Shown here in pieces: positions 11,280-23,400 of a stretch of 64,000 bases of DNA; within the stretch, counting starts at the first letter, position 1; each line of letters opens with the position of its first letter. Origin of the DNA: Eledone cirrhosa (lineage: Eukaryota); assembly GCA_964016885.1 (NCBI GenBank), contig OZ024743.1, positions 337,528,001-337,592,000 on the forward strand, given 5' to 3'. The notes under the pieces are model-generated. The model searched no databases. It saw only the letters and a list, made by a program, of their open reading frames with translations, and had not been told where the DNA came from. Made by a program: the position numbers and the translations under genes.

Positions 11280-14200
11280 CAATTCAATGATGTTGCAGAA
11301 CAATATAAAAGAGATAATTGGCAATTTAGGTTCTGGAACAAAAAAGATAATTGGCAATAAGGGCAGGGGCCCCAGGTTATCACAGCCTGGGCCCGCTCGT
11401 CATCGTGCCATTGTAATAGAGCCAAACAAGGCATTTAGTCTTGGCTACTGGAATGTACGGACGCTGCTTGACAGGGATTCCTTGGAGCGTCCTGAACGAA
11501 GGACCGCTCTTGTTGCAAAGGAGCTTCGACGTTACGATCTTGACATCGTGGCTTTATCTGAGACGAGGTTAGCTGGAGATGGTCATCTTACAGAATTTTG
11601 TGGAGAATATACATTCTTCTGGAAAGGAAGAGATGAAGGAACCAGAAGAGAGGCTGGGGTAGGATTTGCTGTTAAGACTGTACTTGTGAATAAATTAGAA
11701 GAATTCCCAGTAGGGATTAGTGAGCGTCTTATGTCCATGAGAATTCTGCTGGACAAAGGAAGATATGCAACCCTGGTGAGTGTGTATGCTCCAACTATGA
11801 ATTCTGTCGATGAAGAAAAAGTGTCCTTTTACCATGCCTTGAAAGGTGTTTTAAGAAATATCCCTCAGGCAGACAAAGTCATCTTGCTTGGTGACTTTAA
11901 TGCTAGAGTGGGTAGGGATTTTAACACATGGAATGTAATCGGAAGGTATGGGGTGGGAAAGTGTAACAACAATGGTATGCTCCTGTTGCAGATGTGTGAG
12001 GAGCTGGATCTGTGTTACCAACACCATGTTCCAACAAAAGAACAAATTCAAGACCACATGGATGCATCCTGCATCTAAGGAATGGCATCTTTTGGACTAC
12101 GTCCTAGTCAGGATGCGTGACAGACAGGATGTGCAGTGTGTTCGTGCTCTTCGTGGAGCTGAGTGCTGGACGGACCACCGCCTGGTACGCAGAAAAAGTG
12201 AAACTAATCACTAAACGTAAAATCCGGGCTCCTGGTGTTGCTCTGCCCAGAAGATTGAATGCTGCTCGTCTTAAGGATAATAATGTGAAGAGGACATTGG
12301 AAGAAGAGATGCAGGCTGCAGATCTTGGTGAGGATTGGCCGACCCTTAAAAAGTCGGTTTATGATGTAGGCAGGCGTGTTCTGGGATTGGCGCAGAGGAA
12401 ACATCAGGACTGGTTTAATGAGAATGATGTACATATAGAAGACTTGTTGGCTGATAAGAGGCGTGCTCTGTCACGCTACTTGACAGCAAAACCACAGGAG
12501 AGGAATACGTTGCATGAGGAATTCAAGGATGTAAAATCACGTGTTAGGCGGAGTCTTTCTCAGATGAAGGATCAGTGATGGAGTGAGAAGGCTGGTGAGA
12601 TACAAACTGCGTCAAATTCCAATAACACAAAGCTGTTGTACAGCTCTTGCGTGAGGTTTATGGACCGTCTTCTTCTCTGGTGACACCGCTTCGCAGCAAG
12701 CATGGCAAAGGACTTCTTCGTGACTCACAAGGAATTCTACGAAGGTGGCGAGAGCACTTTGATGATCTTTTGAATCAGCCGTCTGTCGTCAGTGAAGATT
12801 TCCTCAATCTCATTCCAGAAAGTCCTGTGAAAGTAGCTCTCGCAGAACCTCCAATGCTTGTAGAGGTTGCAGTGGCTATTTCGAAGCTGAACAGTGGAAG
12901 ATCTCTAGGTATGGATGGCATACATGCTGAGCTCCTACAATATGGTGGTGAGAGACTCCTGCAACATCTTCACTCTTTGTTTGGCAGGATATGGGCTAAT
13001 GAATCCGTACCTGAGGACTGGAGAGATGCAGTAATGGTGGTCTTGTACAAGGGAAAGGGTAACAAGAATGATTGTGGGAACTACAGAGGTATATCATTGC
13101 TTTCTGTCGTAGGGAAAGTTTTATGTAGGGTGCTTCTGGACCATCTGGTGACACACATTGCAGATTGTGTTCTTCCTGAAAGTCAATCTGGTTTTCATGC
13201 TGGACGCAGCACTACTGATATGATCTTCTCAGCTAGACAGCTCCAGGAGAAGTGCATGGAACAAGGCTTGGATCTGTATCAGGTTTTTGTCGATCTGACA
13301 AAAGCTTTCGATACTGTTAACAGAGATGCATTATGGAAGGTTCTCCAGAAACTTGGTTGCCCTGATAAGTTCCTTGCTTTAGTTAGGTCTTTCCATGACG
13401 ACCTGAAGGCTTGGGTTAATGTCGGAGGTAACATGTCGGAGCCTATCTCAGTAAAAAATGGAGTCAAAAAGGGGGATATTCCAGCACCGACCCTGTTTGC
13501 CATATACTTTGCAATGGTTTTCTGTATTGCATTCAGGAATTGCGAGCATGGTGTTTACATCCGATATCGAACCTCAGGCACCATATTTAATATCAGGCGC
13601 TTTGCTGCAAAGACAAAAGTATTTACATCAATCATAAGAGATCTCTCGTATGCAGATGATTTCGATCTTGTAGCGCACACAGAGAGTGATATACAGCACA
13701 TTTTGAATGCATTTTCTGACGCTTGCACTGCCCTAGGATTGACTGTCAGTCTCAAGAAAACCGTCGTCATGTACCAACCTTCCCCCGGTAAGCAGTACAC
13801 TGAACCAAATATCTATGTGTATGGTAAACGACTTGGAGTGGTTGATCAGTTTGTCTACCTGGGAAGCACTGTCAATCGATACAGCAACCTTGACAGTGAA
13901 ATCTCACTTAGGATTAGGAAAGCAAATGATGCTTGCGGAAAGCTAGAAAGGCGACTCTGGGGTCGGCGAGACATATGCAGGAGGACAAAGGTAAAGGTGT
14001 ACAGGGCATGTGTGCTCTCTTGTCTTCTTTATGCCTGCGAGACCTGGGTCACATATCGACACCACCTTAAGCAATTGGAGCGTTTCCATCAGATGTGTCT
14101 CAGACGGATCCATGGCGTTCACTGGAGGGATCACATGAGTGATGTCGATATTTTGGAAAGCTCTATGTGCGCCAGTATAGAAGTTCTTGTGCTTAAGCAA

Positions 14201-14915
14201 CGACTCTGTTGGAGTGGTCACCTTGCCAGGATGAAGGATTCTAGAATACCAAAACAACTCTTTTATGGAGAGTTGGTTAAAGGAAAACGACCGCCACATA
14301 AACCAAAAAAGAGGTATAAGGACTCCTTGAAAGCCTCTCTGAAAGACGTTAACATCTCTGCTGATACATGGGAAAATATTGCTGCTGATCGTAATAAATG
14401 GAGAAAGACTTATATGAGGGAAAAGTTGCCTTTGAGGCATCTCGAATCGCATACGAGAAAGTAAAGCGGGATGTGAGGAAGGGCATTGCTGTTGCACTTC
14501 CAGACGGCGAGGGTCCTCCTATAGTTCTGACATGCAGCGTCTGTGCGAGACTCTGCCTAAACAAAGCTGGACTCGAAAGTCATATTCGCAGTCATAAACT
14601 AAGACCAGTGGTTGACTACCAGGCTACTGTTGGAGATGCTACTCATCATGCTTGCCAAACATGTGGTAGAGAATGTAAATCAGCAGGAGGGCTCAAGCGA
14701 CATGCAAAAGTACATGAACTCCAACCACAGCCGGCTATTCCCAGTGAATGTTTTGGTTGCCGACTCTGTGCAAGACATTTTAGATCATTGGCTGGGCTAA
14801 AAAGCCACATTCGATCGCAACGCTGGTAGTTGCTATCGTGTGTGTGTATGTGTATAGATATGTTTATGTGTGTGCGTGTATGCGTATATATATATGTATA
14901 TGCATATTATTATTG

Positions 14916-14959
<44 letters not shown>

Positions 14960-15012
14960 GTTATTAATGTATATGTGTGTATGTATATATATGTGTGTGT
15001 ATATATGTATAT

Positions 15013-15077
<65 letters not shown>

Positions 15078-15171
15078 TATTTTATTTTATTTTTTTTTTA
15101 TTTATCTATTAATATTTTCTTTTTCTCCTCGAGCAATGGCCATACTCGATAACGAGGGGGCAGCCATCATC
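11280..15171 (+). mobile_element. RTE-clade LINE (near complete, frameshifted) inserted at the tail of Tx1 copy A
   Basis: APE (WNVRTL, SETR, GDFNARVG, WTDH) and RT (NYRGISLLS, DLTKAFD, YADD); 3' stem-loop CTCG-ATAA-CGAG then (ATGT)n; microsatellites interrupt the 3' UTR at 14838-15120. Confidence 0.9.
11431..14829 (+). pseudogene. RTE APE-RT ORF with three C-terminal C2H2-type zinc fingers
   Basis: ORFs 11161-12078, 11948-12214, 12117-12578, 12647-14464 and 14398-14829 are colinear; CxxC..H..H repeats lie in the last ORF. Confidence 0.88.
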
Positions 15172-15319
15172 ATGTATGTATGTACGTATGTATGTATGTA
15201 TTTATGTATGTACGTATGTATGTACGTATGTATGTATGTATGTATGTATGTACATATGTACGTATGTAGGTATGTATGTATGTACGTATGTACATACATA
15301 CATACATACATACATATAT

Positions 15320-15518
15320 GTCAGCTCACCAGTTGATGCTACTGGTAACATGTATCCCAGTACAACCTGTCTCATGGTCGGGTCGTTGGCGACTAAACTG
15401 GCAACCCCACCAAGGTTTCTTGGTGAGGAGGGTAACTTTGGACATCCTGCAGGACTAAAAACAAAACCTACATAGATATAAAGTAGTGGCCGTACTCTAA
15501 AACGAGTTGGCAGCCACC
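15320..15518 (+). mobile_element. Non-autonomous RTE-derived element, internally deleted copy
   Basis: Head joined directly to the 3' stem-loop of the ~605-bp family. Confidence 0.8.
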
Positions 15519-15912
15519 ATGTACGTATGTATGTATGTATGTATGTATGTATGTATGTATGTATGTATGTATGTATGTATGTATGTATGTATTAACGTAT
15601 GTACGTATGTATGGATGTATGTAATAACGTACGTATGTATGTATGTATGTATATATGTATGTATGTATGTATATATGTATGGCCGCGATCGCAGGTCGCA
15701 CCCGGGAGTCGGGTTACAAACGCGCAGCGTTCGTCGCTGTCGTCATTCCGTCTTACCGCGCCGCCCCAACAGACTGAGTCGACACGGTCGGCCTTCGCAT
15801 TGGTCGCGGCGCAAATATTAGACTGAGACCTACGACGCGTCAGATGCCGACAGCGCCGTTCGCAGTTCGTTGCGTGCGGTCGCGCGGCGTCGCGCATCAA
15901 TTCGACTTATAT

Positions 15913-16518
15913 GTCAGGTCACCACTTGGTGCTACTGGTAACACGTATTCCAGTACAACCTGTTCCATGGTCGGGTCGTTGGTGACTAAACTGGCAACCC
16001 CACCAAGGTTTCTTGGTGAGGAGGGTGACTTTGGACATCCTGCAGGACTAAAAACAAAACATGTCAAAGGGCAAAGGAGCTCTTAAGAGTCAATGGCCAT
16101 CCAAAATCACCGGGAGAGATGACCCCTTAGCCTTTGTCAAGGCAGAATTCTAGGAGAAGGAAAACTCTGATATAACACCTGCAACCCTGATGGTATCCAA
16201 TGATGTTGACTTGTTCTTCTTTTTGGTAAATATCATCTTGGTTAAGAGAGTGGGAGTGGCTTTGTGCAGTGCCTTTGCTAACTATAAAAGCTTCACGGCA
16301 CAGGCATTGCTTTATATCTGGAGATCTCTCTGCACTTGTCGTCACATGGTACCATGGGCCCAGCACTGTGTCAATAATTGTCACAAGTGTAGTGTTTGTA
16401 CCAGAGTTTTCAAGTCGCTGGCTGGACTAAAAAGTCACACTCGTTCAGCGCATCGGTAGGCGTCCTCCTACATGGATATAACGTAGTGGCCGTACTCGAA
16501 AACGAGTTGGCAGAAACC
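15913..16518 (+). mobile_element. Non-autonomous RTE-derived (bipartite) element, ~605 bp
   Basis: RTE-like 5' UTR + zinc-finger coding remnant ([17 protein letters not shown]) + GGCCGTACTCGAAAACGAG stem-loop + (ATGT)n. Confidence 0.85.
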
Positions 16519-16551
<33 letters not shown>

Positions 16552-16855
16552 TGTATGTATGTATGTATGTATGTATGTATGTATGTATGTATGAACGTAC
16601 GTATGTATTATGTATGTATGTATGTACATATGTACATATGTACGTATGTATGTACGTATGTACGTATGTATGTATGTATGTACGTATATATGTATGTATG
16701 TATGTACGTATGTATGTATGTATGTACGTATGTATGTATGTACGTATGTATGTACATATGTACGTATGTATGTATGTATGTATGTATGTACGTATGTACG
16801 TATCTATGTATGTATGTATGTATGTACATATGTACGTATGTACATATGTACGTAT

Positions 16856-17445
16856 GTCAGGTCACCAGTTGGTGCTACTGGTAACATGTATCCCAGTACA
16901 ACCTGTCTCATGGTCGGGTCGTTGGCGACTAAACTGGCAACCCCACCAAGGTTTCTTGGTGAGGAGGGTGACTTTGGACATCCTGCAGGACTAAAAACAA
17001 AACCTGTCAAAGAGTCAATGGCCATCCAAAATCACCGGGAGAGATGACCCCTTAGCCTTTGTAAAGGCAGAATTCTAGGAGAAGGAAAACTCTGATATAA
17101 CACCTGCAACCCTGATGGTATCCAATGATGTTGACTTGTTCTTCTTTTTGGTAAATATCATCTTGGTTAAGAGAGTGGGACTGGCTTTGTGCAGTGCCTT
17201 TGCTCACTATAAAAGCTTCACGGCACAGGCATTGCTTTATATCTGGAGATCTCTCTGCACTTGTCGTCACATGGAACCATGGGCCCAGCACTATGTGTCA
17301 ATAATTGTCACAGGTGTAGTGTTTGTACCAGAGTTTTCAAGTAGCTAGCTGGACTAAAATGTCACACTCGTTCAGCGCATCGGTAGGAGTTCTCCTACAT
17401 GGATATAAAGTAGTGGCCGTACTCGAAAACGAGTTGGCAGCCACT
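16856..17445 (+). mobile_element. Non-autonomous RTE-derived element, tandem copy
   Basis: Near-identical to 15913-16518. Confidence 0.85.
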
Positions 17446-17688
17446 ATGTACGTATGTATGTATGTATGTATGTATGTACGTATGTACGTATGTATGTATG
17501 TATGTATGTACGTATGTACATATGTACGTATGTATGTATGTATGTATGTACGTATGTATGTACGTATGTACGTATGTATGTATGTATGTATGTATGTATG
17601 TATGTATGTATGTACATATGTACGTATGTATGTATGTATGTATGTATGTATGTATGTATGTATGTACGTATGTACGTATGTATGTATG

Positions 17689-18500
17689 TTATCTCATTCT
17701 CTTAATTAGGGAGCTGCGCTTTTTGTCCGCAAGTCCAAGTTCAGTCATACTTTGGTCCAAGCGGGTTGGTATATAACCCGTAGCACCAATAATGATGGGT
17801 ATGAAGCTAAAGGTGTATCTTGGATACTGGATTTGTAAACTCCTCATCAATGGTCCGTAGATGTCCTCCTTCTCCTGTATTTTTCTGACAACGTTTACAT
17901 CAAGTGGGCAGCTGATCTCCACAACAGAACACGTTTTCAATGTGTGGTCGCAAACAACAATATCAGGCCGGTTGTGCTTTAATTTGGTGGCAGTTTTTAT
18001 TTTCAGGTGCCACCAGTATTCCTTAGTGCCATCTGTCTCAATATATTCTTGCTCGTTTGTTGTTAATTTTGTTTTCTGAAGTGCGTTCCAGATGGTTCTA
18101 GCTATCCCATCGTGTCTCATGGGGAGGTAGTAGCGAGATGACATTCTTTCGCAGCTGGCAACAATGTGGCTTACATCCTCGATCTTTGTTTTACATAGCC
18201 TACATTTATTGTCAGCTGATGGCCCTCCCCTTTTGTGCAGCAGATATTTGGTAGGGAGTTCTTGTTCCTGTATTGCATAGAGATATCCCTCAAGGTGTGA
18301 TGTCATAAACTTGTCGGAACTCCATGCCAGGCCTTTTGAGTGGTTTATCCCCTCTATGGTCTGTGTTTTACGTCTCAAGTAACCATGCACAACTTCTCCT
18401 GTAAATTGGTCAATGTTTTTATCTTGTTTGAACATTGAATAGGATCTTCCGATTTCTCTGGGTGAGAGATTTATATCAGGCTTTATTCCATATCTCTCCT
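17689..18500 (-). pseudogene. R4/Dong-type non-LTR retrotransposon fragment (CCHC + restriction-like endonuclease)
   Basis: AIQEQ, CRLC..H...C, RHD, RPDIVV..E..P..K..Y, IIIGATG motifs. Confidence 0.8.
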
Positions 18501-18516
18501 CCAGATATGTATGTAA

Positions 18517-18547
<31 letters not shown>

Positions 18548-18554
18548 CGTATGT

Positions 18555-18734
18555 CTTAACCAAGATGATATTTACCAAAAAGAAGAACAATAATTGTCAC
18601 AAGTGTAGTGTTTGTACCAGAGTTTTCAAGTCGCTGGCTGGACTAAAAAGCCACACTCGTTCAGCGCATCGGTAGGGGTTCTCCTACATGGATATAAAGT
18701 ACTGGCCGTACTCGAAAACGAGTTGGCAGCCACC
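18555..18734 (+). mobile_element. RTE-derived element 3' fragment with 5' inversion
   Basis: 18555-18590 is the reverse complement of an internal segment (TTGTTCTTCTTTTTGGTAAATATCATCTTGGTTAAG), followed by the sense 3' end. Confidence 0.75.
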
Positions 18735-18969
18735 ATGTACGTATGTATGTACATATGTACGTATGTATGGATATATGTACATATGTACGTATGTATGGAT
18801 GTATATACATATGAACATTGTCTCTGGAAAGAAACAATGTAGTGATTATGATTAATAAGATTTGAAATTATTGCATGCAACATTTCACAGCCCTAGCATC
18901 ACTCCTTCATAGTCAGCCTACCAACCCTCGTATGATAGATATTTAATATACCGAACATATAGTCAGAAC

Positions 18970-19205
18970 TACGAGGGTCGACAGAAAAGTTCATAGACTG
19001 AAAAAAGTCCATAGGCTGAAAAGTTCATAGGCTGACCAAGATACTCTCATGGAATAACGAAATGTGGTTTATTTTTCAACATAGTCCCAGGAAGGAAACA
19101 ATTCAGTGATTAATAAGAAGAGATGAAATTAATGCGTTCAAGATTTCACAGCGCCAGCATCACTCCTTCATAGTGAGCCGGTGACCCTTTCAGCCTTCCC
19201 TCGTA
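18970..19205. mobile_element. mariner-derived MITE
   Basis: TACGAGGG...GAAAAG / CTTTTC...CCCTCGTA imperfect TIRs with TA ends; second right end at ~18850-18932. Confidence 0.65.
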
Positions 19206-20440
19206 AATTAAGGAAATATATTCAAAACATTTTGTCCTCGCTCTCTATTGTACGCGGAAATAACGATAAAGAAGAATATTTTTATAGCCATCGATTAATC
19301 ATAGAAATCGATACCATGGAAGATTGACACGATCGGTAGAGCGTCGACCAAATATCATGGAGTATGTTGTTACTGCCCTTTATGTTCTGAGTTCAAATCC
19401 CACCGTGTTCCACTTAGTCTTCCATCCCCAAATCACAAGAGATACCAAAATAAGAAATAAGTACCAGTCATAAACTAAGGTGTTCAATATAATCGATTAA
19501 ACACACCCTTTTGGTGGCTTTGTGCCAAATATAAAAAAAACAAATTCATTGTTGGGGGGAGGGGGGTAAAAAGAAAAAAATGAGAAAAGAAAAGAAAAGA
19601 GAGTGCTAAACGTTTAGATAGGTGATAAAATAAAATTAACCCATATTCTACTGAGGATGGTGATGGTGTTGGGGATGGCGACAGTTGTGGGAGTGGAGAG
19701 GTGGTGGGGGTGGGGCAATGGTGGGGTGCGGAAACTGGCGGGGGCGATGACAGTGGGGGTGGGGGGTGGCGGTGATGGAGGATTGTAGTTTGTGTGGCAG
19801 TTAAATGGAAAAATAGATGGAAAAAAATTCTAAAAACAATTTACCCTCGAGAATTTAAGATATTCCAGTCTGCAATAGCATATAATACCATATAAGAAGT
19901 CTTGTATTGTCGTACACACATATATACACACATGTACACGTACACACACACAGACATGCAGACACATATACACTCACACAAATACAGACATACACAGACT
20001 TGCACACACATTTACACACACAGGCATACACATATAGTCAGAAACAATACAATAAAGGTATACACACTAGACATACACTCATGCAGTATAGATCATACGA
20101 CACACCATGCTCTCTCTCTCTCTCATACACACACACGTACACACACTTGCACACACACGCACACATTCGCACAACACACATCGAAATACAATAGAATCAA
20201 ACATGTACATCAACATACAATTAACTCATATATATATATATATATATATATAGGAACGAGTAGGACCCCGACGGCTGAGCTCAAGCCGTTTTGACGGCTA
20301 ATTCTGGACTAAATTAGTCCAGAATTAGCCGTAGAGTGGGTAATAGGAACGAGTAGGACCCCGACGGCTGAGCTCAAGCCCTAAGTATTGAGTACTTTGG
20401 TGCATTATGGTCCACCTGGTTCCTTACCACATTTCCTTCG

Positions 20441-20477
<37 letters not shown>

Positions 20478-20478
<1 letters not shown>

Positions 20479-23400
20479 ATAATAATAATAATGATTTCAT
20501 TTATTGGCCACAAGGGCCGACATATAGGGGACAATACAAAAGACTGGGACAGTGGGGTTTTACAGAAAAATCGAGTAAACAATATGAATAAACAAAGTAA
20601 CAATAACAAAGTAACAGTAAAGTAACAATAAAATTACAACAAGAAAAAATTCCCCAATAGGGGGGATGACCACCTAGGGTTCGCTCAGGTACCCCACCAG
20701 TCCTGAACGACCCGACGCTTCGAGAGCACCCTGGAAGGGAACCCCTCTCCTCTTCAAATTTACCTACCTACAGCCGCATGACCAGAGTAGGCCCACTCAC
20801 ACGGGCCATTCTCGCCACATTCACCCACCTTTCAGCAAATGTACTGGGGGAGCAGCACTTCTCTCTCCACCCTCACCTTCCTTTCCAGGTGAAACTTGAA
20901 AAAGTTGATGAGGGATTGGCCGAAGAGAAAAGTGTCTGTCTTCAGCCCTTTCAACCTTGTCCACCAAACAACCTCTTTCGCTACTGCCACCAGACAGAGG
21001 AAAATTGCCTGCCCCTCCTGGCCAAAAGAAGGCGGCGGGTCGATCTTCACTATAGACTCGGCCGATAGCCGAATCCGTTCTACACGCGACAACAGCTGTT
21101 CAACATAACTCCACAAGTCAGTAATGCACGGACACTGGACGAGTGCGTGCAGAACGGTTTCGTCGCTCTGCGCGCATCTCGGGCAGGTCCGTCTGACAGC
21201 ACTTCCGTGCCTGTAGAGTTTATCTCGAACCGGCAGTGCCCCCCGGTAGCACTGCCAAGCGAGGGATTTTTGGAAATTATCCATCGTCCCCGGCCCGAAA
21301 GTCCTCCGGTACAGACTGGTTAGTTCGACTTCGTTGACTCCCAGAGCCTCTCCGAGTGCGTCGTCGCACTTGCCCACCACTAATCCTCTATAGAACTCGA
21401 GAGTGTAAGTTCCACTGATCGCATTGCCCGCTTGGTAGAGGGCAGTGAGTGCCTGGCAACATTCCAGATGCCAGTCACCCAGTCTCGGTCTCTTCTTGAC
21501 CCAGGACTGCAACTCAGTCAAAGAAACGAGCTGCGGAAAGGCCCGTCTGACAAACGGCAACCACACCTGTTCACCGTTTAGGCAGAATATCTGGAGATCC
21601 CGCAGCCTCAGCGCGTGCCTGCGCATCATTAGCCACGGCATGCCCAGCCCTCCACGTAGAGGGTGCTGGCAGCAGATGGAACGGCTCACCAGCGGAACCT
21701 GACCCATCCACAAGAATTTGAAGAGGAGCCGCTCCAAGATGGCGAGGCGCGAACGGGGGCAAGGGACGACAGTCAGACGGTAGTAGATGACGGACGCGAT
21801 GTTCGCGTTCGCCACCTCCGCCCGACCTTTCAGTGATAGTTTCATCCCAGCCCATTTCTGGGTGAAACTGACTACCCTGCCCGTCACCTCGTCCCAATTC
21901 TTATCCACCTGGAGGTCTGGCCCGAACCAAACCCATAGAAACTTTACCTGTCCGTCCGTCCGTCCAGCGCCTAACGACACTGTTGGACGGCATGGATTTG
22001 CCTCTCCAGGTGCCGAGTTGCAAGCCTACTGACTTTTCCGGGTTAAGTTTTGCTCCCGTCAACCTTTCATATTCCTCCAATAAGTTGCCGACCACCTCGA
22101 TTTCTGAGGTGTCCGACACCATCACGGTGATGTCGTCCGCATAAGCCGACACCGCCTTTCCACGTCCCGGTTCGAGCGGGATGCCCTGCAACAGCTACAG
22201 CTTCCTCAGTAAAGGCTCGAGAGTCAATACGTACAGAAGGGAGGAGAGAGGGCACCCTTGACGGACCGATCGGGAGACCTGAAACGGTTCCGAGAGGCGG
22301 CCATTAATTTTGACCATCGAGCAGGTGCCGCTGTGAATTGCAGCGATCCAGCTTCTGAAGACGGGGCCGAAGCCAGCCGCCTTGAGGACAGCCTCCTGGT
22401 ACCGATGGTCGACCCTATAGAATGCTTTCGATTGATCTAAATTGATCAGAACCCCACCGAAGCCAGGTTTACACCCTACCCTCTCTATGATATATCGCAT
22501 TAGGTGGAGGTTGTCGTGTATGGACCTGGTTGGGATTGCGCATGTTTGCGCCTCCCCAACCAAATTCCCGACGACAAGCGCCAACCTCTTTGCTAACACC
22601 CTGGCCAAAATCTTAAACTCTGTGTTGAGCAAAGTTATGGGCCTGAAATTGTCTAATGTGTCCCTCTTGTTCTCGTCTTTCCTTATCAGCGTCACTACGC
22701 CCCGGCTCACAGAACTGGGAATACTCCCGTTTTGCTGCCAGTTTCAGTAGAGGGCTTCGATGAGATTGGAGAACAAGTCTGGCATATTTACGTAAAGCTC
22801 GTAGGGCAGACCATCCAAACCGGGTGACTTGCGCCTCTTGCAGCCTACAAGGGCATCCTGAATCTCGGCTGAAGTAATTGGCCTTTCGCAGCGCCCAGCC
22901 TCAGCCGTCGAGAGTTGCGGCAAGCCATCGAGGTAGGGACTGAAATCCGCAACCATCTCTGATCCGCCACTTCCCCGAACAACCGAGCAAAATGTTGGCG
23001 AAAAGCCTCACACATTTTCTTGGAATCGCTCAGCTCGAGCCCGTCTCGGTCCGTCAAAGACCGAATCGTGGTTTTATTACCACGCTGCGCCTCTGCCACG
23101 CGGGCCCATCGAACAGCTTTGGTTCCCTCGTTTCTCAGAGCACGCGCCTTAGCTCTGACAATGCAATCTTCGTGTTTCGCATTGAAGAAATGGTCTAATA
23201 CCATTCTCGCCGCTAGCACGTCAGTTGCAATGCCACTACCAATAGCCTCGTCTAACTTATCTACCAACTCTCCCTCCTTTCTATTTTTCTCTAATGCTAC
23301 TTCTTTGCTAAACTCTATCGACATTACTCTAATCTCTCTTTTGAGAGAGCCCCCCCCCCCCCCCATCTATTGTTGACGACTCCCCCTGTCAACTTTTTCT

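Noticed and set aside
14398-14829. Host C2H2 zinc-finger gene exon
   Set aside because: Colinear with the RTE RT, lacks TGEKP linkers, and is followed by the RTE 3' stem-loop.
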